Assembly: GCA_002633005.1 (NCBI GenBank)
Contig: NMRA01000712.1
Coordinates: forward strand, 62,001 to 126,000
DNA: 64,000 nt
Source: Phoronis australis
Lineage: Eukaryota > Animalia > Phoronida
Direction: 5' to 3'
The notes below the pieces were generated by a model that saw only the letters and a list, made by a program, of their open reading frames with translations, ran no database searches and was not told the DNA's origin. Shown here piece after piece: positions 52,048 through 64,000 of this stretch (position 1 is its first letter; each line of letters starts with the position of its first letter). The translations under genes were made by a program, and so were the position numbers.

Positions 52048-54497
52048 CTAACGACTAGTAAGTTCTTTCCAAGTCCAGAAAGCACGCCTCTTTTGTGTAA
52101 GGAACAATTATTTGATACCAAACGCTGGCATGGGACATAGCGCTTTGGCAGAGAGTGACGAAACGCAGGTTTTGAGTCTATACAGCACAAAGAAAATTAA
52201 ATTGTGCACGTTTTCCCACTTGGAGGTGTAAGACACTTACTCATTGGTTCTACAACTGATATCATACAATAACGGACCCACATTTTGACGAATGAAATAG
52301 GATGGTGACATTTTTTTTCAAGTGTTCTGAAAATATTTCAAATTGACATAAAGACAGTGACATTTTATTCAAACTAAATCAAATAATATTATCATCAAAT
52401 CATAATATAATTATTACTAACATAACACCGCAATTTAAACAAACTATTCAGGACAATCTTAGAGAAAGAATGTTCGTTTGCGATCGCCTTGCAGAATTCC
52501 GGCGGGGCAGAATCGTCGTTTTAAATAACCAGTCATCTGGAACATAAGAATACCCACCCTTTTAGAGTGGACTTGATAAGAGGGGCCTATTTCTAGGGAG
52601 CCTCCATAAACAATTTCCCTTTCGTTTTGTTATTCAATGAACAGACCACACTTTTGTAGAGGATTATTCCATAGTCCACCTTTTTGTAGGAATTCTCGGA
52701 AAACTGTTGTTTTAAGCTTGAAACAGAGCAAGATGAGTCGCAAAAAAGTAAAAATGGATGAGACAAAAGTAGACGAGGCAAAAATGGTTGTTTTGAATAC
52801 TGTTTAAAAACATTTATTAACAAAAAAAATTGGTATTACAAATATGTTGAAGGAGTCATAACCATTCATACCCACATACATACACACATGCCCACAGTGG
52901 GGGCCATTTACAACATAACCGGTAAAGGAAATCAAAATAAAAGTAACATAGGGCCCATCTGTTACTAAAATTTTCAGATTTTGTATTTGTGTGAAGTAAA
53001 TCTTTCTCAATTTAACAACATCCTAAATTACTGTTGTATTTTTATGGGGTTGATTATAGATATGAATCATTTGCTAGGTGAACAAATGCAGATATGTGCT
53101 TGATTTCAAGCCAGAGCGGGAGACAGTGATTTTAGAACTTAAGAGGGGTTTTGCTACTTGAGCTTAATGTCAGTCCAGAGGAGATGGCGAGTGTAGAACT
53201 TGTACAGTTGTGCTTAACATTAAGCAGGGCAGAACATACAGAAGGGCTCTCTGTGCTTGGCATTAAGCCAGAAAAAAACAAAGCTGTTACCGGTAACTTG
53301 TATTCATTTGCTTGCATTAAGTCAGATTTTACTGATATTGTAACAATATACCTTGCTACACGAAGTTATTGCATTATTTATCAAAATGGGCCCATAAAAT
53401 CGTGATTTTGGACCAACAGAGAAAAGTTTAAATTTTTAGGAGAACCGGTTTTGGGATGCTGGGAAGATTAAAATCATAGAAAAACTTGTTTGTGATCCTT
53501 TATTTATATTACAAATTATCATTTTCTGTGTTGATTAATATCCTGGCATCACATATATTTACTATCCAAGTAACATCAGAAACTGACCCAAGAAGCCAGG
53601 TGAAGGGTCCTCATGTTGCTCCTGCCTACAACTTCCATTGAGGAAACATAAGTCCCTATTGAACACAGTCTGGGCAGGCAATTCATATAATTATACTCAA
53701 TGGAAGTGAATGCAAAACGAAAATACAGACCATGGATAGTACATACTCAGCAACAGAACAGTAATTAACACAATTAACACAAATGAAATGCCTCTCACAC
53801 AAGATGGCCAGTAATCTGCATTTAAAAGTGACATCAAAAGTAGTTGCTTTCCTTTAACACCTTGGTTTAAAATTGACTGACACTGGTGGGCGTTTTTCGA
53901 AAGTTGAGTACATTGGGGTTAAAATGACGGGGCTGCTGACTCAGTATCACGCCCACTTTTTAGTTGAAAGTATCAACCTTTTACAAATGTTCAGTCTTTA
54001 AAGTCGAAATAATTATGAGCCCTCTGCATGTGTCAAAACCAACTTTTGATTTAGCTCACTTCTTGCAGTAATGAAATCTGTCCCATCAGGTTCCTTACTC
54101 ATATTAAGAATGATTTTCAAACTTAAATACCCAACTGATCATAACTGTGCGAAACAAGACCAATAAAAGTTCCTTATCCTGTTCCAGTCACCAAGGCAAA
54201 ATGGCCATCAGGGAAATTTCAGGCAACTCATTGTAACGAATTTCAATTCAAACAAAGGGTGAGAAAGCGATGTTGCTTTGGAAAAACAAATATGCTTGGG
54301 AAGAAAGTTGATGGTTTTGACATGAGCACAAGGTATGTAACAGATTTAAACTCAATCAGTGATAGATGCCAAGTTATTAATTATATTCCTTTAGAACACA
54401 AATCTATTTTCCTTTCAATAGAGAACATCACCATTATTGCCATACGAATTTTGATTAACCATAAGTCCAAAGGCCTTCATTTTGTTAAAGATACAAT

Positions 54498-55022
54498 TTA
54501 AGAGACAAGTATATCAAACAATATCTTCAAAACACTAACAAAGACCGTCCAAAGTAATGATTCCTCACCCTCCTCATTGGGTTTATTGGTATTCACAACA
54601 GGTGGCGGTGAGATAAACGAATTCGCAATGGACTCGTAAGTATTGCTGCTAGCATCAGTCACAACCGTAATAGTATATTTGCTTTCTTCAGCTGATGGAT
54701 GACCATAAACCCCGATATAAACAGGTCGTTGAAAGTCCATTGGGATCTCAATGGCATCCTCACCGCAAGTTTCAGACTTCAGTTCATAGTCTTCAAATGT
54801 TGGATATGAGGACTTGTCGGATACGTACAAGTCAGCGTCGCCAACTGTGGTTTGTAGAATTATTGTGTACTTCTGGTCTTTACTCGTGCGAGCCAGTGTA
54901 TAGTAAGTGTAGTTGCTGCCACCTATTGTTCCATATGTGCTCATCAGAACGGTGTGAGCAAATGACTGAAGGCATTGTTGAACAAGCAACAGAAGAAACA
55001 GTGCAGCGTCTTCACACTTCAT
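54498..55022 (-). CDS. C6orf120: UPF0669 protein C6orf120 homologue, 174 aa
   Basis: Signal peptide, then G..NYTYY.L, GDADLYVS, PTFEDYEL.S.TCGED, F.RPV.IGVYGHPS and C-terminal EESLLW...LKILFDIL; single coding exon with an acceptor at ~55063. Confidence 0.92.
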   Translation of the reverse strand: MKCEDAALFLLLLVQQCLQSFAHTVLMSTYGTIGGSNYTYYTLARTSKDQKYTIILQTTVGDADLYVSDKSSYPTFEDYELKSETCGEDAIEIPMDFQRPVYIGVYGHPSAEESKYTITVVTDASSNTYESIANSFISPPPVVNTNKPNEEGEESLLWTVFVSVLKILFDILVS

Positions 55023-56317
55023 CTTGCACTCTGCCCACTGGCATGGACATACACATAAGGACCTGGAAAATGTTAAGTCACTGTACCAGTTGTATTACAC
55101 ATGTAATACTTCTCACCAACTCTGAGTTTGGTCAAATGCATTACGACATTTTGTAAGTATACTAAATATACAGCTTTGAGCCGTTGTGGGTAAATAAGTA
55201 ACAAACTACACTCTTCCTTGAGTAAACTAAATTATTTACAGGTGTTAAAGAAATTGGCATTCTACCATTATTTTGCTGCTAAAATTCTGGAGCAATCTTA
55301 TGCCATGAAATATAGTGACACCTATTGGCCATTTTTTTCAAAGACTCCAATTAACTGTTCTTTTTCCACGCGGTTGCATTCATGTCACAACAAATCATTG
55401 CAAATGGCATTGTTTTGATATAAGTATTTAATATTTAATACCAGCGAACCAAATTTCAGAACAAACTTTGCTGCAACAAAGCTGCCACCATCTCCTGACA
55501 GATGTCGGAAAAAGTTTAGAAATGGCACGTGCGTGTCACGAGCGCACTGTTTTTGAAACGAGGACAGACTTCTCTTTGTTACAAAAAGGCAGAGAATTAT
55601 GCAAGATAAATACATTTATTATGTTTTTCACTTAAATAGCTGCAATGGGCAGGGTGAGAGATTTTGCTTGCAACACCGCCAGATGCCAGTTGTTAGCTCA
55701 ACATGTTGATATAACTTTCACTACAAGGTGATGAGCAGAACTACTGGGCAGTGTGAAATTTCGAAGTCTATAGGAGCTTAACACCCAGTCGTGCCTATCT
55801 ATTTATTTTATACAGTTAACTGGCTGGTAAGAAAGCATCCAGGCTGTAACTTTCCATTTTCTTTTTGGGAAATGAAAACCACAGGAAACTACAAAATATA
55901 AATAGATGAGTAAAAATTAGACTATGCTGGTTTTTCAAATTTTCAAAATTGCTCAAGTAACACCGATTTTACCAACAAAAACCCAAGCCTTGATCTATTC
56001 ATGAACCAACATATCTCATATTGGTTCCTAGATTTATACTATAACTAGTTTCCAGCACAACTTATCAGCTAATTATATGCATCATCACTAACTCACAATA
56101 GAAACGGTGCCTGAAAGAATGTGGACGTAACTGGTTTTAAATTGTATGAATCGTATTTAAAGGGCACGTTCACATGTCACTAAACGAACCTTAAGTTAAG
56201 CATCTCTACCTGTAATTACCGATAAGACTGCCCCGTTACTTTCAATCAGCAGAAACTTGGTTGCTCATACTAGTGGGCAAAATTGATTCGCTCTTGTGTA
56301 CCTGTTATAAATTATAG

Positions 56318-56479
56318 TACCGTACTCCTCCAGGTTACAACCCATGCTCGGCTTACCGCCCACACCAGAAAATTCCAATTTCTCATTTTTAAGCACCCAT
56401 GCTCGGCTTACTGCCCACCCTCTGATTTTTTAGCTTCCCAATTTAAGTGCCCTGGGCGGTAACATGGACAAGAACGGTA
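56318..56479. mobile_element. Small TACCGT...ACGGTA MITE (Tc1/mariner-like ends)
   Basis: Inverted ends TACCGTACTCCTCCAGGTTAC / GTAACATGGACAAGAACGGTA; internal direct repeat CCCATGCTCGGCTTAC.GCCCAC. Confidence 0.55.
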
Positions 56480-56586
56480 CATACGTAATGGCGAGTGGCT
56501 GATGAGAGTGCCTGTGTCATGGCCAGAGTCACACTGACAAACATATCTAATTATCATATCACCTTGCTGTGTATGAACTTGGAATC

Positions 56587-56707
56587 GGCACTGGTCGGAT
56601 TAGCAGTCCCTGATTGAGTAAACCAGTTTTATCCACTAAACAACAGGCCCGTTATTCAGTGATTGCCTGGTTCTCTGAATCGGGGACCACTATATCCGAC
56701 CAGTGCC
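56587..56707. mobile_element. Palindromic MITE family C copy
   Basis: GGCACTGGTCGGAT...ATCCGACCAGTGCC with the same internal GTCCCTGATT/ACCAG/TTATTCAGTG motifs as 26254-26382. Confidence 0.65.
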
Positions 56708-57559
56708 CTTGGAATCCAGCATAATCTAAAGATTGCATATGCTTGAGCTTGGAATTCAATACTCATTAAAGCCATCAGGTGATTTTTTCAGTGTAAAGAT
56801 TTGGATAACAGTGGAGTAAATGCATCCCTCTTCAAAATAGCCACTGCGAACAAGTTTCACTGAATTAAAGACATTGCCTTTATTCAATGAAACCTGGCTC
56901 TCAACAGCCATTTTCAAGAGGGACCCGTTTACTCCACTTTTATTTAAGATTTGTTGTAATCATTGGCCTCATGATCACTCATTTTTTCCTTTACACAAAT
57001 ATGTGATCATGTGAATGGTAAAATGTTTGATGAATATGATTACCAAAGTCAAAGAATAGGTGAAAAAAGCCAATAAGTAGGTTAAAATTTACATTATTTT
57101 TAATAACGTGTAATTTGATTTAGTGCAGTGCGAATATTTATCAAGATCAAAGTGATTATTTGAGTGCCCTTGCAAGTTTTCTACTGTATTCCAAGTTCAC
57201 GCAATCGCACGGGCAGCGCAGCACTGCCAAAAGTGAGGGTTAAAGCCCCCTAAGCCCCCTGTGGGGCACCACCTATAGACTATGTGCAGCGTAGCACTGA
57301 AAAATGAAGGGGGGGGGCTATATCCCCTCAGCCCCCTATGGTGTGCCGCCCATGATACGTTATCGTGAGATTAACTACACAAGCCCCAACTCTAGTCTAA
57401 CTTCTAATCTAAGTCCAAGTTCAAGCACAGCAATCTGGCAAATTACTAGCCAGCCAGCTAGCTGTACTATGATACAGCTTTGTACCAAGCCAAGGCCCAG
57501 GGGCTGCCAAGCCCAAGGCTAGCAAATTACTTATGTCACTAACACTGATCAGTTCTCAA

Positions 57560-57800
57560 CTTACCCTCGGACAGTTGACTGTGGAATTGAGCTGAACAGC
57601 TACGCTTACTTAAGATGAGCAATACTAAGGTCTTTGTCACCTCTCAACAGGTAAGTTAAATACGGGAAATTGCGAAACACGACCAGCCAGCAGCCCAACA
57701 AAATCAAGAAATATTACACGACCTTGACCTTAAATTTAGAGCCATCTGCAGGAAGGTCTTGAAACTAAAACAAAATATGGCAGACGCTGCGTTTTTGGTC
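57560..57800. promoter_or_regulatory. Putative bidirectional promoter of C6orf120 (-) and TMEM267 (+)
   Basis: Head-to-head genes; minus donor G|GTAAGT at 57565/57564, plus donor CAG|GTAAGT at 57650/57651; divergent YY1-like motifs GCCATCT (~57741) and AAAATATGGC (~57772). Confidence 0.5.
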
Positions 57801-58283
57801 ATCGCTCATTAGTGTGTTGCTGATGATGTATAAAACCTGCTTATAACCTGAGAGGACAATTTGGCGCTGGTTTGTGTTGGGGGTATAAAACGGTTAACTC
57901 TTACCCTTTTAGCCTTGGCTTTTGCACTCTCTGTCAATGCCAATCACTCAGTGACCGTACACACCGCCAATTGATTTGACTCAGTGCGTGTGTCTGTCCT
58001 GTATTGTAGTGAGTGTAGTGTAGCATAGCACTTGCAGAGCGTCTGGAATTGAACTAAAATTTATGACTGAAGAAAGTTGACGCTTGTTAGATCAGGGTCC
58101 GATGTTGAATTTATGGTCCTGGCTGAGAAAATGATTGTTTTGTTATTCTGAGTAGCCAGATTGAGTTCAGAATTGTTCTCAGTAGAAATTGACTAACTTG
58201 TTCATATATGCGACTGGATTAAAGTGTTTTTGTGTAGCATTTTATTCTACTATATTTTTAATTGATTGTGTTTCTTTTTCAGG

Positions 58284-61200
58284 ATGGGAGAAAATCAATT
58301 ATTTTACAGTCTCTTCCCTCTGCCCGTTCTCTTCAGTCTGACCGCCGCTGGAATCGCTCTCATTGGAGACAAAGTTGTTGGGATTATAGATGATCGCAAC
58401 AGATGGCAGCGTGCCTTGGCTGATAACGCAACCCATGCACTCATAGCATTGCTTTCTTGGGCCGCAGTGATCGACTTCGGTTTAAATAAGAAAGACATTG
58501 GAACATCAATTCTGTGTAGCGCATTGGGAAGCCTGCTAGACGTGGATCACTTTATTGCAGCTCAGTCGTCGAAGTTGGAGGTATGTTGTCATGCTGTGAA
58601 GCTGTTGACCCTCATTCATCCAAGGGGAAAGGTGCCTGTGCATAAGAGGGGAGTATTTCGGGGGGAAAATTCTACCTCTCGGTCACCACCAACAGGCCTG
58701 TAGCCAATGGGGGTTAGGGAGTTCGATTGAACCCCTCCTTCTGCAGAAAAGGCCCAGCCCCAGCCTGTTCATTAAGGTAGTAAACACTTGGACAACAACA
58801 AAATTGTTGCAGCTACTGGTACTACTAACTAAAATGACAACTAATAATTTTGAATTTGCTTCTGATTAGAAGCACTTCACGCACCTGGCCAACTTCGCGG
58901 GAGTCGGATGTTTGCGTAGATGACAGGATTGTACGGACGATTAGAGGAGGTTTTATATTATTCATCGGCATTGAACGCGCGTGGTGGCTACACCGTAGGG
59001 TAACAACGGGGTCCAGAAATAAATGTCTATACCTAACTAAGTTGTACATGTATAGTAGCGAGAGAGATCTCAAAAAGTAGTGTGGGGGGAATGCTTTAAA
59101 ATTGACCAAGAAACAAACTGCAGAAAATAGATTTGTTATCTGAATTGCTTGCTGGCATAGTACGGTAAAGTGCGGGCATTTTCAATTTTGGAATTGAAAG
59201 TGTTCGTCAAATACATGTATGTTGTTCTTCATCCAGTGTCCACTTCTATTGTGGATTGACATGCATGCGTTTACACGCCGTTGGTAAGCTCACTATAGGC
59301 ATCCCTCCTTCGTTGTTCAAAAACCACACACATTTTCTTGCTCTGAGAAAACTCCAACGAGCATGACTTTTCATATTTTGGGAGAGAAGTAGGTCTATAC
59401 CTAATAAAAATTTTGCTCAATGAAGAAAGACTTCTCTTGTCGATAGTGTCAATGGTGCACAACCTCACACTTCATACGAGCAACTAACTTGATGGAAAAG
59501 ATTTCCAAGGCTTCATGCCACTATTCCGAAGGTTCGCTGCTTCAAAGGTCCACTACTCCGAAAGTTCCCTACTTCAAATGTCCACAATTCCGAAATCAGA
59601 GCTCCTAAAGTTATTTTTTTGTCTTAAATGTGAGCAAAGCCCTAGAAGACGATTTCACATTATATCCATTCTCATTCACACCCTTCGTTGCATACATTCA
59701 CTAGTAAGAGCAGCTCTGAGGAGTGCAAAGCTCAATTGTCAGCCAGTGAAGCCTGATTCGAACCCAGGTCTCCCAAACAGGAGTTAGGACCTCAAACCAC
59801 CCAGACAGTTCATTACCCTAATGAGTTGGAACCTGGGAGTATATTTGATATTGGCCCTAGGTCGGAACTGACAAGAATAAAGTATTGTATTTATGTCCAT
59901 TAACCATTTTACTGGTATGAAAAAGTTGGATAGATCTTGATCCAATGATTACGTATGTTTACAAAAGAGCTCAGTTCCAATCACTGCCAGTCGGGATTCT
60001 TGAATCTAACTAACGTCTCATTCTCAAGCAGGGACAACATCTTAGTGGGCACGGGTTAGGGATGTAACGACCAACTGTTTTAAATTTAAGAAGACCGAAT
60101 GAGAATCTGACTTTGTGAAGACTGGCAGGGATAGGGTAGCCTACTATGTTTAATTTCGACCCCGGGCCGTGTGTGTGGCTCCGGTAGGTGAGGTTGAGAC
60201 GCAGCGGCTCTAAACTTTTGAGTCGTGCTGTGAAATGATGCAGTCATAACGAATGTATCGTGGCTGATTATTCTTCAATTTTCCTACTTCATATTCTTCT
60301 TAAAATGCAATAAAGAACTCATTTTTCCATATTGGTAAGACGTGCAGGCAATTTCTCATGCGCATGAAATGTTTTAGTATCCGGGCGTTGTTTCTGGTAT
60401 TAGTACACCACTCGGTTCGTCTAATACCGGTAACCGAAGTATCGTTTATTTTTGCATGTGAAAGTATCAAAATTACACCTGAGTTGGAAATTTTAGATCT
60501 TTTTTAGTAGTGAACCTTTGGAATAGTGGGCTGTTCCTATTTCTAACAATGTAAGCAACTTGAGTAACATGCAAAAATATAACTACGCTGTAGATAAAAA
60601 ATTGTGAAGTCATTCTCACACTTAATATTTCTGTTGGTGGAATCAGTCATTTAAGCACGTCTGATTTGAAAGTTTAGAAGAAGGAAACGCGTGAACGTCC
60701 TGGACCACATTACATCCGAATTTGAGTCCCGTTCTTTGTGAGCAACTGTCACGGCATCCTTATTTCTGGTATTACTACATGTAATTCCGTCACATCTCAG
60801 AAACGTAGAGCTGAGTGTCATCGTTGTGTATACAGATTTCCCTTCCCCCTAATTAAGCTGTGTCAAATGAGGGTCTTATTGAAAACTCCACAGTTTCAAC
60901 GTTTGCAAAATATCAAAGGTCCACCGTTCAAGAAATTTGAACCATCCCCCGCGCAATGCTGGGTACGGGCCTGATCAATAGCACCCCCATCCTGTTGCAA
61001 GCCTTCACAGGCTCTGCCTCAAGTAGCCATTGTGCTCTTTTAAATTGTCACCTGTGTGAGTTACAAGGGATTCGAACCTCGAGGGGAATTTTTCAATCAC
61101 TTGAGGGGAATTTTTGGACATTACGAGGGGAATTTAGCGCAATTTTTCAATATTTTTGTGATCGGGAAATGGGTCCGATATTTGGCCCCAATATCAAGGG

Positions 61201-62537
61201 ATTGAGGGCCCTGGATTTTGTTAGAGTGAACACAACTAATGTGAGAAATTTTCAGATAAAATGCTACTATAATTAAAGCTGCGTTTTGCCTTGTATAGCT
61301 GGCTGAAAATTGAATTAGGACCTCTTACTCTCATGAAATCTGTCTCTTAATATTCCTTTCCATGATAGGATTCACAAAGATTAGGCAAATGTTTTGCGAG
61401 AATACCCGGGTACTTACTAGCAGAACTTGAGCAAAATTGTTGCAATTGAGGTGATATGTTGGTGGAACTGGAATGTTGAATAATGAGATGGAATTTACTG
61501 ATTCTGTTCCATAAGTAAAAATTTCTCTGTGCAAGCGGATCTTGAAGGCCTTGCGTCAACGGAACGCAGCCCTCAGAAGCAGTTAGTGCCAGTGAAAAAA
61601 CGAACCCCAAAGTGCAACGAAATATGTAACTTACTATTATCAAACTTGTAATACAACGGCAGACGAAGTAGATGTCTCTACATGGGTGGCACAACTGGAT
61701 GTACAAAATGAAAATACAGAACTAAAATACAATCTAATTTGTGGTCATAACTAGCTTTCAAATTTCTGAGGTTTGGTTGTAATGCGTGTTCTCGTCAGGA
61801 ATGAAATTGAGTGCATTGAGAATGTAGCTCCTCAGCTCGCTTCTAACTATTTATGAATATGGCATAATGGTTTCAGATGATCTGTGTACTGGGCTCACCT
61901 CAGCACCTTGACTGTGCTTTTGGAACCTTAAAATATACTAATAAGTATGAACATTTAACATGGCCAAAAATGCTGCCTAAGGAGCTCTATCCTACCTCAT
62001 AGTAGAAATCTAAAATAATTAAACTCACCTTTTGTCAGAACAATTATTTTTAACATGCAAACTCTAAACACTATGTAATTCACCACTGAAATGCATAGCC
62101 AAAAAATTACACGCTCTAACATATCAGGTAGTTTGCTTAATCATACAAGCTCAGAGTGGACAATGAAACTTTAGATGAATTAACGTATCTTAAATATTTT
62201 GATTTTCTTTTTTCAGGATGCCTTGAATCTTCACCATCGGCCGCCATTCCATGCAACATCTCTCATCCTATTTGTAGCTGTGATAGTGTTTTGTGTGCAG
62301 AAACTTTCACAGCGTCTCTACAAATTACTGCCATTGTTGGTTATAGTGGCCGGACTGTCGCATCATATTCGTGATGGAACAAGACGAGGACTTTGGTTTC
62401 CACCTTTTGGCAGCACGCCCCCTATTCCCTACTGGATGTATATCGGTTGTGTTGCTGCCCTCCCTCTAGTGTTAAGATTGTTGTTATGTTATTTTTCTGC
62501 ACGGAATGCAAGTGGTGTTGAAATGGTAATTGTATGA
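58284..62537 (+). CDS. TMEM267: Transmembrane protein 267 (C5orf28 family), 205 aa
   Basis: Exons 58284-58580 (RALADNATHALIALLSW, LDVDHFIAA.S) and 62217-62537 (DAL.L..RPPFH, SHHIRDGTRRGLWF.PFG.T), phase-0 GT-AG intron. Confidence 0.93.
59750..59806 (-). mobile_element. tRNA-derived SINE head fragment
   Basis: Minus strand has GGTGGTTTGAGG...GGAGACCTGGGTTCGAATCAGG (A/B-box-like). Confidence 0.45.
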
Positions 62538-63322
62538 GCCTTTTATGATATCTTAATGTTCACAGTATGGTCACCTATACTGCATGTTTTAACTTACCAA
62601 GAGTAACATGGACTTCTTAAGTGATTAATTATCGAAGATACAGAAAAAATACTAACAGAATTATGAAAACCTGTGTACAAAATTGTCATGAATCTATTGT
62701 ATAAATGTGTCATAAAGTGTAGTTTGATAATGGACATCTGACAAGTTTGCGCATTTATCTTGGCTACTAACACAACCAATTGTACTGGGAATACAAAAGT
62801 GAAGATTCGAACAGATTTGATTTTAATTTAGTCATGCTGTTAATTAACTTTTATTCTTGGTCGGGTTATACAATTCAGGGAATTGCTTTCAAGTTTACCT
62901 GTAGCAGACATGACTTAGATTAGCCAGTTGGAAAGAACACAACTCAAGCTGATCAAAAGACACCACTATTCATTTGTCTACAAGCAAATACCGTTAATGA
63001 AATCTCCAACTGTAATTAGACATTTCCCATAACTAATTTATGTTAAGTTTATTGACTTCATGTCAGTGTCCAAAATCATGGAGGTAAAATTGCACTGTGT
63101 TATGGAATTTTACTTGGACCTGAAGATTTCACATTACTCGTGATGGATTTAAATGTGCAATACATTTTCCTCTGGTGAATAGTTTCCAGAGTGATCACCA
63201 AAGAATCGTGTCATGTTTTAAGACTTGAAAATGGCTAAATAAATATTTCCTATTATCAAAAACATTTCAATTATACTTTTATTATCTGAGTTAGATACAC
63301 CTAATTCTGAATACAAAGCAGC

Positions 63323-63386
63323 AGGGTACTGAATATGCATTGTGATGCTGTACTAGGGTACTGAATATGCATTGTGATGCTGTACT
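63323..63386. repeat. Tandem duplication, 32-bp unit x2
   Basis: AGGGTACTGAATATGCATTGTGATGCTGTACT occurs twice. Confidence 0.9.
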
Positions 63387-64000
63387 ATTTACTATCTAAT
63401 TTTTATTTAATCGCATACAAATGAACACTGACATTAAAACATCCGGTTTTCATAAAAGCACAGTGTCTCATGTTTGACAATTTTGAAAGAGTTATGGGAC
63501 CAATGGTTCCTTACACACATTCTGAACACATGTCCAACTATTATTTTAAGGTTGAACATATGACATAGAAAAACAATCAAAACAAGGCAACATTTGTGTT
63601 GCAAAAAGAGGTGTCTACTAATTACTTAAAGCCCCAATACACCTTTCTAAAATTTACTGAAATCGAGAACACACTTCAAAATCAGACCACTTCCGAAGAT
63701 ATTCAATTTCTACTCTACTCGGACACATGTATATTCATTGCGGCTGAAGGCTAATTAATCAAGGTTTCCACTGAAAAAATGTGACTTAGATTGTGAAAAG
63801 GTTGGTTATATGACTGAACACTAGATAAAGTTACTCAGGGGTACTCGGTGGCTTTTAGCAACTGTTTCGTGCGCCCAAGATCGATTCAAATTTGGGTTAT
63901 CTCTCGCCCGTTTCACTAGCCAGCCAAACCTGGCAGAAACTTTGATATGTGAAGACGAGAGAACATATCAACAAAGAATTCCCGAATTCAACCCTCCTTT

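Overview
Eukaryotic (invertebrate animal-like, AT-rich) genomic window with GT-AG spliced genes and one assembly gap (28092-28469). Gene models were built by hand from splice sites and reading-frame phase. In order: a CXorf65/C22orf15-like gene (+, first coding exon not located); B9D2 (-); a 54-aa single-TM small ORF that appears to share a spliced mRNA with NDUFB1 (+); NEK2 (-) with a CCAAT/CHR-type promoter; an intronless 323-aa orphan ORF (+); a 12-exon astacin-EGF-CUB-TSP1 metalloprotease (-); a C6orf120/UPF0669 homologue (-); and TMEM267 (+). Introns and intergenic DNA hold many non-autonomous elements: a MULE-like MITE with a 9-bp TSD, two MITE families with 5-bp TSDs, a Helentron/HINE-like element with a phased array of CTCF-like motifs, and an inverted Penelope-type repeat with two minimal hammerhead ribozyme cores. 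The best candidate for an undescribed system is the putative bicistronic smORF-NDUFB1 unit. Family assignments rest on motif recognition from memory; no searches were run.
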